This document shows, piece by piece, positions 1 through 9,133 of a DNA stretch of 64,000 bases (position 1 is the first letter of the stretch; each line of letters opens with the position of its first letter). Under the pieces are notes generated by a model that saw only the letters and a program-made list of their open reading frames with translations, had not been told where the DNA came from and searched no databases. The position numbers were made by a program, and so were the translations under genes. Origin of the DNA: Candidatus Dojkabacteria bacterium (GTDB taxonomy: Bacteria; Patescibacteriota; Dojkabacteria; SC72; JAFGCJ01); contig JAFGCJ010000002.1 of assembly GCA_016932785.1 (NCBI GenBank), forward strand, positions 13,983-77,982, read 5' to 3'.

Positions 1-58
1 TGTTGCAGTAAGAAGTGTTTTAGATATTAAAGGTAGGAGTAATAATCAAGGTTCTGAC

Positions 59-916
59 ATGATTATTATGACGTCTGATGAAGATGTGTTGGGAATTGAT
101 GGTGTTCCTTCCTATCCGGGTGCAGTTTTTATGTTCAGGAGGAATGTCAAGACTGACTTGGTACAGGATTTTTTGTCTAAAGGCAGATCTGCCTATATTA
201 TGCCGACCGATGCAGAATGGGATGATGTGAAAAAATACTACTCTCGTGAACTAGTGGATTTGGGATGGACGCATGAACTGTCTATTGATTTTGGTGACGA
301 AAAAATGATGGATGGGGAGTATTACACTTTTGAACCAGATAGCGGTGTTGGTCAGGGGCTCAGAATTTATACGAAGTTTAATGATATATGGTATGAAACT
401 ATTACTGTGAGTGAGGCAAAGAGCGGTCTAGCTGACAGGTTTGCCCAAGAAAAGGAATTAGAGATGATAATTGAGATGAGTTCTGGAGATTCTCTTCCTG
501 ATAGCTATCCGTGGGCATTGGATTTCCCCAAAAAATGGAGCTATGAGATTAGAAAATCCGATCTACTTGATATCGAGCTCGTGGAATTTACCAGCAGTGA
601 CTCTGATGGGTCTCTTGTTATCGAACCTGTTGATTTTTCTAGTTTAGAAGGTCTTAAGACTATTGGAGTGTCTTTTGTTGAGGAGATCAATACCCACCGT
701 GATAGTGAGGATAAGTTTGAGATTGTTAGTGACAGTGAAATTGAGGTGGCCGATCAGGATGGTGTCTTTTTTGAATTAAGATCAAGTACAGGGGAAGGGC
801 GTTTGTGCGTAACGACTAATCCCAATAATGGAGTTGTTTATGCAATATTAACTTTGAATGGAGAAATAGGATTTTTCAATTATGTGCTTGATAATCTTGA
901 GATTACCGGGGACTAG
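59..916 (+). CDS. Acidic hypothetical protein, C-terminal part PsbP/Mog1-like; probably 5'-truncated by the window edge
   Basis: 285-aa ORF converging on uvrC; C-terminal 'WALDFPKKWSY...EIEVADQDGVFF' pattern resembles PsbP-like domains. Confidence 0.55.
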   Translation: MIIMTSDEDVLGIDGVPSYPGAVFMFRRNVKTDLVQDFLSKGRSAYIMPTDAEWDDVKKYYSRELVDLGWTHELSIDFGDEKMMDGEYYTFEPDSGVGQGLRIYTKFNDIWYETITVSEAKSGLADRFAQEKELEMIIEMSSGDSLPDSYPWALDFPKKWSYEIRKSDLLDIELVEFTSSDSDGSLVIEPVDFSSLEGLKTIGVSFVEEINTHRDSEDKFEIVSDSEIEVADQDGVFFELRSSTGEGRLCVTTNPNNGVVYAILTLNGEIGFFNYVLDNLEITGD

Positions 917-2474
917 AGACTTGTTTTTTCGAGCGACTGCGAAGATTTTTTCCGTTGTAATTGGCTATTGATTCTGCTACTGTTTTGTTGTTAACGACAT
1001 CGTTGATTTCCTCAAAGGATGCCATTTTTATCTTTGATATGGTTTTGAATTTTTTGATTAATTGTTTTTTTCTTCTAGGGCCGACACCTGGTATCTCATC
1101 GAGCCAGGATTTGGTTTGTAGGTATCGTTTCCCCTTTCTGTGGTGTTTTATTGCAAAGCGATGGGCTTCATCACGTAATAATTGGAATATAAACGGATTT
1201 TGGAATTTAAGTTTAACGAATTTTCCGCTAGGTTTAACTGTCCAAAACTCATCGAGCTGCTTTTTTCCTGCTCTTTTTAATCTTTTTCCTTTTGATATAG
1301 CGAGAAGACCAACTCCCTCAGGTACGATATCTTTGACGGCAGAGAGCTGGCTTTTTGCCCCGTCAAGAAGGATAAGGTCCGGCTTTTGCAGTAGGCTTTC
1401 ATTCGACTCCTTGTTGTCGCTGTTGAGGTATTTGATTCTTCTTCTCAGCACTTCGTTCATCATTTTTGTGTCGTCTGCTTTGCCTTCAATGTCGATTTTG
1501 AATATCCGGTATTGAGAATTTTCGATATTTGGACCAATTGATACGGTCATTGAGCCGTAGGCTACTTCTCCTGCCAGGTTTGACATGTCGTAGCATTCCA
1601 CCCTCATTTTCTTTAACTTTTCATCGGGAATATTGAGCGACAGTTTGCTCACGGCCTCCTTAAGGCCTTCGACGTACCTGATATTTCGAATTTTGTGAAA
1701 TTCTGACTCTGTGTCTCCGAAATCAATATCAATTCTTTGGCTCAAATATCTTAGATCTGAAATTTTGTCCCTTAATTCTGCAGCTTTCTCGAATTTCTGT
1801 GTTTTGGAATATTTCGCCATCTTGTCCTCCAGCTCTCTGATTTGGTTTTTCTTCTTTCCTTCTAGTGTTTTAATAAGATTTTTGATGTTCTTCTTGTACT
1901 CCTGAGAGGTAATTAGGTTGTCGCAGGGGCCTGAGCATGTGCCAAGATGATAGTAAAGACATATCCTATTGTTTTTTACTTCATCAGGTTTTCTTAGGGG
2001 GTAGAATTTCAGCTTGCAGTCGGCAAATGGATATAATTTACGTAAATATTTAAGCATCCTTTTCATTGGACGGCCATCTGGATATGGACCAAAATATCGT
2101 CCGCTTTTTCCTGGGTCGCGAGTAGTTCTCACCCTGGGAAAAGGACTGTATGTGTCAATGTAAATCCATGCATATCTCTTGTTGTCTTTTAATGAAGCAT
2201 TATACTTGGGTTGGTATTTCTTTATTAAGTTAGCCTCGAGAATAAGTGCCTCAATCTCATTTTCTGTTTCTATCGTTTTTACGTCAAATATGTGAGGTAT
2301 CATCTGTTGGATCCATGGTCTATCTGTGTGATTTGATGTGAAATAGCTTTTCACCCTTGACCTTAGACGGAGAGCTTTTCCAACATATAGTATCTTTTCT
2401 CTCGAATCTATGAATTGGTAAATGCCTGTTTTATTTTGTATCTGCTCGATCTTTTGCTGAAGTTTTTTATCCAT
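903..2474 (-). CDS. uvrC: Excinuclease ABC subunit C
   Basis: GIY-YIG N-terminus (GIYQF...LYVGKA, RVKSYF), UVR coiled coil (FEKAAELRD), RNase H-like domain (ECYDMSN, LLDGAKSQL, RDEAHRFAI), C-terminal HhH (IPGVGPRRK). Confidence 0.97.
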   Translation of the reverse strand: MDKKLQQKIEQIQNKTGIYQFIDSREKILYVGKALRLRSRVKSYFTSNHTDRPWIQQMIPHIFDVKTIETENEIEALILEANLIKKYQPKYNASLKDNKRYAWIYIDTYSPFPRVRTTRDPGKSGRYFGPYPDGRPMKRMLKYLRKLYPFADCKLKFYPLRKPDEVKNNRICLYYHLGTCSGPCDNLITSQEYKKNIKNLIKTLEGKKKNQIRELEDKMAKYSKTQKFEKAAELRDKISDLRYLSQRIDIDFGDTESEFHKIRNIRYVEGLKEAVSKLSLNIPDEKLKKMRVECYDMSNLAGEVAYGSMTVSIGPNIENSQYRIFKIDIEGKADDTKMMNEVLRRRIKYLNSDNKESNESLLQKPDLILLDGAKSQLSAVKDIVPEGVGLLAISKGKRLKRAGKKQLDEFWTVKPSGKFVKLKFQNPFIFQLLRDEAHRFAIKHHRKGKRYLQTKSWLDEIPGVGPRRKKQLIKKFKTISKIKMASFEEINDVVNNKTVAESIANYNGKNLRSRSKKQVSSPR

Positions 2475-2562
2475 TTATACCCTAAAGTATAAATCTTTTT
2501 GGGGTTTTAATAAAACAATAATGAAAAAACTGATGTGCGATATTTTGGTGAAGTTTTTCAGT

Positions 2563-5500
2563 CTACTCTATTCTAAAAGGCTCAATTATCTCTTTTACCT
2601 CGTCTGTAAGCTCGATACCACGTTTAAGCTGCATTGTTTTTACGTCATCTCCGTCGGGAATGGATATCATTACGGGTGTATCGCCGGGGTTTTCTTTTAA
2701 GGCTTGCTTAAGCCTCTTTATATCATCTTTGTTAGCGTTCGTAGGTATTCTCAAACTAAGTCCATCAGAAGACTTTGTAGCTTTGTCTAGATCAATGACT
2801 CTTAGCGAATCACAGATAATGCTTCTCGTTCCATCGCGAACATTAACCTTTCCTATAAATATGGTCGGAGTGCTCTCTTCAAGATTTTTTGAAAATTTTT
2901 CATACGTACTGGGAAAAAGAATTACCTCAATCTCACTGGTCTGATCTTCTATGAGGAGAAAGGCCATACGTTTATTTTCTTTCTTTGTCGAAATAGCTTT
3001 TATATTGGTTATAAGCCCGCATGCTTGTACGTGTGCATTTGGTTTCATCTGTTTTATTTCAGAAATATCCTTGACACCTATTGCTGAAAGGTATGACTTA
3101 ATTCTTCCAAGGGGATGGGCGGTAATATACATACCTAGAAGTTCCTTTTCCCATTCGATTTTGTTTGTGTCTGTGGCTGGCTCAACCTGTGGAAGTGGTG
3201 TCGGAGTAATCTTATGAGTCTGGCCTTCCTCTTTGCCCATAGAAAATATGTCAATCTGACCCTCTGCTTCAGAATTTTGTCTCTTCTTATAAGTCTCATG
3301 CATGGATGGGAGAGCGGCAAGTAGGCTGTTTCTTTCTCCAAAGTTGTCCAGAGCTCCTACTTGAACCAGATAGCTTATGGTTTTCTGGTTAATTTTATTA
3401 AGAGGAATTCGATACAGGAAGTCATCAAAGTTCTTGTATGGTCCGTCTTTGTCTCGAATATTTATGATAGTTCTGACTGCTGATTCACCGATATTCTTGA
3501 TTGCCGCCAGGCCAAATCTAATGTTGTATTTCTCTTCAATGGAAAAGCCAGATTTGCTTTTGTTTACGTCCGGAGGAAGGATGTTTATCCCTTTTCTGTT
3601 ACACTCCGCAATTATAAGAGAAATTTTATCGAAATCGTCGATTTCAGACTTGAGTAGTGCTGCCATAAATTCCACAGGATAATGAGTCTTTAGGTAGGCC
3701 GTTTGAAAAACGACTAGAGCATAGGATGCTGCATGTGGTTTGTTGAAAGCATAGTTTGTAAATGGAATGAATAGTTCAAACAGTGCCTCGGCTTTCTTTT
3801 CTGAGAGTCCGTTTTCCTCGAATCTCTTTAGTAGGTCGTCCTTCATATCAAACAATATCTCGGGTTTCTTTTTACCGGTAAACTTCCTCGCTTTGTCGGC
3901 TTCTGGCCAGGTCATTCCCGCAAGTGCTACTGTTGTCATCATTATATCCTCTTGATAAACAAGGAGTCCGTATGTAAGTGAGAGAAAGTCCTTCATTCTT
4001 GGATCAATGAAAGTAACAGATTTTTTCCCGGATTTTCTGTCGGCATATTCTTGTTGAAACTGGTTTGGTCCTGGTCTTACAAGAGCTAGAGATGCTGAGA
4101 TATCAAATATTGATTCTGGTCTAAGAACTTTCGCAGTGTTTTTCATGGGACCTGTCTCTAGCTGGAAGACCCCAAGAGTATCCAGATCTTTTATCAATTT
4201 GTATGTTGCTTCGTCATCAAGAGGGAATTTTGTTGGGTCAATATCAATTCCTCTTTCTTCTTTAATGATTTTTACTGATTCTGAAATAGTATCTAGACCG
4301 GTAAGACCAAGAAAGTCAACCTTGAGAAGCTTTAATTCCTCGAGTGAGTCCATTTCGTATTGAGTGATCATTCTGCCGTCTTCGCCTAGTGTTTTATCCC
4401 AGATTACAGGGCAATAGTCGACTATTGGTCCTGGCGTGACCAGGATTCCACATGCATGTATTCCCTGGCTTTTGGCGACACCCTCGATTTTTTTTGCGGT
4501 ATCTATCAATTTCGCCGCGTCGGGGTCTTGCTTGGTTAGCTCCTTTAATTCTGGAACTTCTCTTAGTGCCCTATCGATATCTACTTTTGCAAGTCCCTGT
4601 CCAGATGGCGGAATCAATTTTGCTATCCTGTCTACATATGCCAGGGGAAGTCCCAGTACTCGTCCGGCATCTCTTATGGATCCTCTGGCCTGCATTCTTC
4701 CAAAGGTAACAATATGGGCTACCGATTCTTTGCCATATAAATCTATAGCGTAGTTAATAACCTCTTCTCTTCTTGAGCTTGCTACGTCGATGTCAATATC
4801 CGGTGCTGACGGCCTTCCCTTGTAAAGGAACCGTTCAAAAGGAACCTGGAAATCCAGAGGATTTGCTGTGACTATACCTAGTATGTAGGATACGAAACTT
4901 CCCGCCGCTGATCCTCGAGTTGTGAAGGGAATATTGTTGTTCTTGATCCAATCTGTGAAATCCATGTTCATTACTATGTAGCTTGAGTACCCCATCTCAG
5001 AGATTACTTCAAATTCGTACTCTGCCCTCTTCTTCTCGTCTTTTGTTAATTCTCTATTGATTACTTTAGGAGCCCGCTGTTTTATGAGGTCGTACAGATA
5101 TTTGTCGTAGTCTTTTTTGTATGAATCCGGTATTGGAGGCTCAGGAAAAACCCAATCCTCAAATCCCAAATCAAAGACCTCGCACATATCTGTGACTTTC
5201 TGGGTGTTTTCTATGGCCTCAGGAATGTCTTGGAATAGCTCTTCCATTTGTTCAGGACTTTTGAGGTAGAATTCGTCTGTTTCCCTTGTCAGCCGCTGTT
5301 CATCCTCAAGTCTTTTCCCGGTATTTATGCACATAAGAACCTCTTGTGCCAGGGCATCCTCTTCTTTTATATAATGAACGTCGCAGGTTGCTATTAGTGG
5401 AAGCTCGAGATCTTCTGCTACCTGGATAAGGCCTTTATTTGCAACTTCCTGATCTTTCATACCGTTTCTCTGGAGTTCAACATAGAATCTATCCTTCCCA

Positions 5501-5991
5501 AATAGCTCCTTGTACCACTGTGCAATGTTGTGAGCATCTTTCAAATCTCCGCCGAAAACCTTTTTAGATATTTCGCCTGTGAGACATCCGGATAGTGCAA
5601 TCAAGCCGTCTTTATGTTTTTCCAGAAGCTCCTTGTCGATTCTAGGTTTGTAATAGAAACCGTCGATGTGTGATTTGGAAACAAGTTTGATCAGGTTGTC
5701 GTAGCCTTTTCTGTTTTCTGCAATTAGTACAAGATGATGAGGCTTTTCGTCTAGCTTTGCAATTTTTTGTGTGTGTTTTCTTGGTGCAACATATACTTCA
5801 CAACCTATGATCGGTTTGATATCTTCCTTCTGGCATTCTTTATGAAATTTGTGAGCACCGTACATTACTCCGTGATCGGAGATGCCGAGAGATTGCATGC
5901 CCAGTTCTTTTGCTTGAGGAATTAGCTTTTTAATTTTTGGTAATCCATCGAGTAAAGAGAACTCAGTGTGTACGTGCAGGTGGGTAAACAT
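2563..5991 (-). CDS. dnaE: DNA polymerase III alpha subunit
   Basis: FTHLHVHTEFSLLDG PHP start, RGSAAGS, PDIDID catalytic motif, YAFNKPHA, OB fold; 1142 aa. Confidence 0.98.
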   Translation of the reverse strand: MFTHLHVHTEFSLLDGLPKIKKLIPQAKELGMQSLGISDHGVMYGAHKFHKECQKEDIKPIIGCEVYVAPRKHTQKIAKLDEKPHHLVLIAENRKGYDNLIKLVSKSHIDGFYYKPRIDKELLEKHKDGLIALSGCLTGEISKKVFGGDLKDAHNIAQWYKELFGKDRFYVELQRNGMKDQEVANKGLIQVAEDLELPLIATCDVHYIKEEDALAQEVLMCINTGKRLEDEQRLTRETDEFYLKSPEQMEELFQDIPEAIENTQKVTDMCEVFDLGFEDWVFPEPPIPDSYKKDYDKYLYDLIKQRAPKVINRELTKDEKKRAEYEFEVISEMGYSSYIVMNMDFTDWIKNNNIPFTTRGSAAGSFVSYILGIVTANPLDFQVPFERFLYKGRPSAPDIDIDVASSRREEVINYAIDLYGKESVAHIVTFGRMQARGSIRDAGRVLGLPLAYVDRIAKLIPPSGQGLAKVDIDRALREVPELKELTKQDPDAAKLIDTAKKIEGVAKSQGIHACGILVTPGPIVDYCPVIWDKTLGEDGRMITQYEMDSLEELKLLKVDFLGLTGLDTISESVKIIKEERGIDIDPTKFPLDDEATYKLIKDLDTLGVFQLETGPMKNTAKVLRPESIFDISASLALVRPGPNQFQQEYADRKSGKKSVTFIDPRMKDFLSLTYGLLVYQEDIMMTTVALAGMTWPEADKARKFTGKKKPEILFDMKDDLLKRFEENGLSEKKAEALFELFIPFTNYAFNKPHAASYALVVFQTAYLKTHYPVEFMAALLKSEIDDFDKISLIIAECNRKGINILPPDVNKSKSGFSIEEKYNIRFGLAAIKNIGESAVRTIINIRDKDGPYKNFDDFLYRIPLNKINQKTISYLVQVGALDNFGERNSLLAALPSMHETYKKRQNSEAEGQIDIFSMGKEEGQTHKITPTPLPQVEPATDTNKIEWEKELLGMYITAHPLGRIKSYLSAIGVKDISEIKQMKPNAHVQACGLITNIKAISTKKENKRMAFLLIEDQTSEIEVILFPSTYEKFSKNLEESTPTIFIGKVNVRDGTRSIICDSLRVIDLDKATKSSDGLSLRIPTNANKDDIKRLKQALKENPGDTPVMISIPDGDDVKTMQLKRGIELTDEVKEIIEPFRIE

Positions 5992-6180
5992 AGCAATATT
6001 CTACAGAAATTAAACTTTAATGAAAATTGTGTTGTAGAAATAGTGTTACTATGGGTATTTTTTGTGTAGATGTATGGTGGGTGTTTGAATAGGTTTGCAT
6101 ATTTAATAAAGACGTTATTAATAGTATAATCCTATAGTAATAAGATTCTACCTAAGTATCTTATATTTGTTTAGAAATTT

Positions 6181-6681
6181 TTGGGAAAGGAACAATCAGA
6201 ACAATCAAAAGATTTTAGTCCCGAAGAGGCAGACGAAGTGGAGGCACAGATGTTGGCGACAATGGGCAATACTGCTATGACGGAACAGCTTTGCGCTGAT
6301 TTCGGAGTGCTCTTTGGAACTGTAAATATCCCGGCTATCGGTATATATAAAAATTGTGTATATGTTAAGGGCTCGGAAAAAGGAAAAGGACATTTCGCAG
6401 CATTGACTAATTATGCTGATAACGGGGCTTCTGCCAGAGTTGCGTTTTTATTTCCAAGTGAAGATTCAAAAGGTCCGTACAGGCCATTTGATTTATTTGT
6501 TACAGCTGTATTAGCGGCTGGGGCTAAGCACGACGTGAAGTTGGCATTTGTTCGGGTTGGGGATGTTGTTGCCGGGTGTAAGGATGATCCCTTTGGTCAA
6601 GGGGGGCCAGTAGAATGCTGGAGAAATTTGGGATTTGATATGTCGCCTGATGGGGATTGGTTGGTTAAGGCTGTGAAATAG
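6181..6681 (+). CDS. Hypothetical protein, possibly divergent GNAT fold
   Basis: 166-aa ORF; C-terminal 'VECWRNLGF' resembles the GNAT FYxxLGF motif. Confidence 0.5.
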   Translation: MGKEQSEQSKDFSPEEADEVEAQMLATMGNTAMTEQLCADFGVLFGTVNIPAIGIYKNCVYVKGSEKGKGHFAALTNYADNGASARVAFLFPSEDSKGPYRPFDLFVTAVLAAGAKHDVKLAFVRVGDVVAGCKDDPFGQGGPVECWRNLGFDMSPDGDWLVKAVK

Positions 6682-6776
6682 TCTATCGTGCCGTTGAATG
6701 AGAGCTACTCAGGCAGCGGCGTTTATGTGAATCATGATTTCATCGCAGCTGCCTGGGTTTTGTGATCTATGTATTG

Positions 6777-7103
6777 CTATTCGCTTGATGCAAGAGAGGC
6801 CAGATCCTCTATATTTTCAGCATTGCAAACATCACTCATCTCTACCTTGATTACTGTAAAATTTGATCCTTCCGGTGGAGATTCCAAAAGATCTGAGATT
6901 TCTTTTCCATTTTGGCACGTTGTTGAGCGGTTACCATTCGTCTCAACAATGACGTAAGTGAATGGATCGGTCTCGATCTCAAGTATTTTATTGTCCTCGA
7001 GTTTAATATAGTATTTAGGAAAGGCAATACTTCTTGCAAGAAATCCACATCCGAGTTGAGCTATACATAGAATCACAACTATGACTAAAGTGACCCTCTT
7101 CAA
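6777..7103 (-). CDS. Putative lipoprotein
   Basis: AAGGAGGT Shine-Dalgarno upstream of TTG at 7103; MKRVTLVIVVILCIAQLG-C signal peptide with lipobox-like Cys. Confidence 0.6.
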   Translation of the reverse strand: MKRVTLVIVVILCIAQLGCGFLARSIAFPKYYIKLEDNKILEIETDPFTYVIVETNGNRSTTCQNGKEISDLLESPPEGSNFTVIKVEMSDVCNAENIEDLASLASSE

Positions 7104-7267
7104 GTCAACCACCTCCTTTTGAAGTGGAAACTATGATGTAAAGAGCTTCTTACATTTATATTTTACCCCAATTACCTGTCCTTTAACAGTCACGAATAAG
7201 TCACATATATATATTTCATGTAATTGCTAGTTTGAAATCCCCTACTCAATCAGCTAGACTGTATCTA

Positions 7268-7957
7268 ATGCAAACCAAGACCCAGAAAATAATCAAAATA
7301 GTCTTTAGATTCCTTTGTCTTGCTGTGTGGCTTGCGTTCTTTGTCATATTGGTGAAACCTGAGATCGCAAAGTACGCTATACCCAAACTAATAAACTTCA
7401 CCGAAACCTATGCTGAATCCAATAGCGGTATCGATCTAGATCCGATACTTGCATCAAGTCTTGATGATTATTCTGGTCCAAGTTCTTCACTTTATGCTAC
7501 TAAGTTTGGCGATAGCAGCAGCGGCATATATGGTGACCTTGTTACGTCTGACACCAGGGTTATCGCTTTAAATAGGTTCTTGGTCGATTATGGCTCTCCT
7601 ATGGCGCCGTATGCTGAGACTTTTGTTACTTCAGCAGAAGATGTCGGGTTAGATTGGAGGCTTGTTCCCGCAATATCGGGTGTTGAATCGGCTTTTGGAA
7701 GAATTATTCCTTATAACTCATATAATGCCTGGGGATGGCGGGGAGGTGCTTATGGCGCGTTTAGCGAATTTGGTTCGTGGGAAAATGGTATAGAACATGT
7801 TACAACAAGAATAGCAGTTGGTTATGGTACTGATATTGATGTGTTTACCATGGAGCCAATTTATTGTCCTCCATGCGGGCAAAATCCACAGCATGCCTGG
7901 GCGAATGGTGTTGCGAGATATATGGCTGAGATCTCTGAATATAGGAAAAACCTTTAG
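7268..7957 (+). CDS. Membrane-anchored lysozyme-like/glucosaminidase-domain protein
   Basis: N-terminal TM helix; 'SPMAPYAETFV...LDWRLVPAISGVESAFG...YNAWGW' motif; ATG 7268 follows a TAGACT -10-like box. Confidence 0.75.
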   Translation: MQTKTQKIIKIVFRFLCLAVWLAFFVILVKPEIAKYAIPKLINFTETYAESNSGIDLDPILASSLDDYSGPSSSLYATKFGDSSSGIYGDLVTSDTRVIALNRFLVDYGSPMAPYAETFVTSAEDVGLDWRLVPAISGVESAFGRIIPYNSYNAWGWRGGAYGAFSEFGSWENGIEHVTTRIAVGYGTDIDVFTMEPIYCPPCGQNPQHAWANGVARYMAEISEYRKNL

Positions 7958-7978
7958 AATATGCTATAATTTAGGTAT

Positions 7979-8284
7979 ATGATATTCAGAATTCTTGCAC
8001 AGATTTTTTATACGATACTTCTTATCATAGAGACTCTGATTTCTTTTCGCTTTATTTTTAAGCTTTTTGGTGCTAATCCTGATAATGATATAGTAAGGCT
8101 TATTTACGATTTAAGTTATATTTTTGTGAGGCCTTTTGTAGGAATACTAACTGGGGACTGGAAGATCGGAAGGTTTTATATAGATATTGATGCTGTTATT
8201 GCCCTGATTGTTTATATGATAATTGCTTTTGTTGTTGTTGAAATAATTAAGGCTTTTAGGCCTTCTGTTACCCGACGTGCATAG
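7979..8284 (+). CDS. YggT family membrane protein
   Basis: 'RFIFKLFGANPDNDIVRLIYDLSYIFVRPFVGI' YGGT-like pattern with two TM helices. Confidence 0.8.
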   Translation: MIFRILAQIFYTILLIIETLISFRFIFKLFGANPDNDIVRLIYDLSYIFVRPFVGILTGDWKIGRFYIDIDAVIALIVYMIIAFVVVEIIKAFRPSVTRRA

Positions 8285-8347
8285 ATTTTCAGTGTTTTTT
8301 TGTCTTAGATTACGATTTGCCTATAATTAAGGCAAAATTCCGTCTTA

Positions 8348-8356
8348 TGCTATAAT
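8348..8356 (+). promoter_or_regulatory. Extended -10 promoter (TGnTATAAT) 6 nt upstream of ATG; leaderless transcript
   Basis: tgcTATAATaaggccATG, no Shine-Dalgarno. Confidence 0.7.
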
Positions 8357-8362
8357 AAGGCC

Positions 8363-9133
8363 ATGGCGATGATCGATTTGAAAAAGTATTCAGGCCTTGC
8401 TTTGGCATTCGATGGCTCGAAGCTTCTACCTCAGGAGAATGGGATAGAAATCGGATCAAGGGATGTAGTCAATATTGGTGATGTCAGACCTCAGCTTCTC
8501 AACCCTGAGCTTACCTGCCCTACTGTTTTTTATTATATATTCTCAAATATCGACAGAAAGTCTCTTCTTAAGAGGAAACGTCTAAGATTTGACATGTATG
8601 TTATCCCACCCAATCTTGCCGGTATTGAGTATGTAAAGACACTCGGTACTTCTGCTGGGAAATACCCCCTTCTTTTGGAGGTTGTTCATGGTTATCTTAC
8701 TTTGCTGTTGCAGACTTCCAATGAGGAGCCCGGATCGATTCCTCAGGTTAAAACCACGACTATAAGGTTGAAGAAAGGTGAGAAATTGGTGATACCACCT
8801 AACCATGATTTTGTCTTTGTAAATTCCAGGCAGACTCTCTCGGTTGTTGCAATAATGTACAGCTCAAAGTGTAGAATGAAGAATATCTTCGACGATACTC
8901 GTGGAGCGGCAAGCTATGTTATAAGAAAGAACGCGCGATTGGAAACTGTGCTTAATCCTTCCTTCAGGAATGTCAGTATAGTTAAGCCCTGGAAACCTGA
9001 ATCAATTTATAAAGATTTTAACTTAACAGCAAAAACTCCTATTTTCAAACAGATTCTAAGAAAATACCAAAGATTTAAATGGCTTCATGATAATTCTAAG
9101 ATAGAATGGACTAATCTTCCAGGTTGTTACTAA
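8363..9133 (+). CDS. Cupin (archaeal-type) glucose-6-phosphate isomerase homologue, metal ligands degenerate
   Basis: 'LRFDMYVIPPNLAGIEYVKTLG', 'LLLQ', 'GEKLVIPPN' match the cupin GPI family but the GHxH/E/H ligands are missing. Confidence 0.7.
   Translation: MAMIDLKKYSGLALAFDGSKLLPQENGIEIGSRDVVNIGDVRPQLLNPELTCPTVFYYIFSNIDRKSLLKRKRLRFDMYVIPPNLAGIEYVKTLGTSAGKYPLLLEVVHGYLTLLLQTSNEEPGSIPQVKTTTIRLKKGEKLVIPPNHDFVFVNSRQTLSVVAIMYSSKCRMKNIFDDTRGAASYVIRKNARLETVLNPSFRNVSIVKPWKPESIYKDFNLTAKTPIFKQILRKYQRFKWLHDNSKIEWTNLPGCY

Noticed and set aside
2563-5991. Intein or split in dnaE
   Set aside because: Normal length with continuous motifs; no intein signatures seen.
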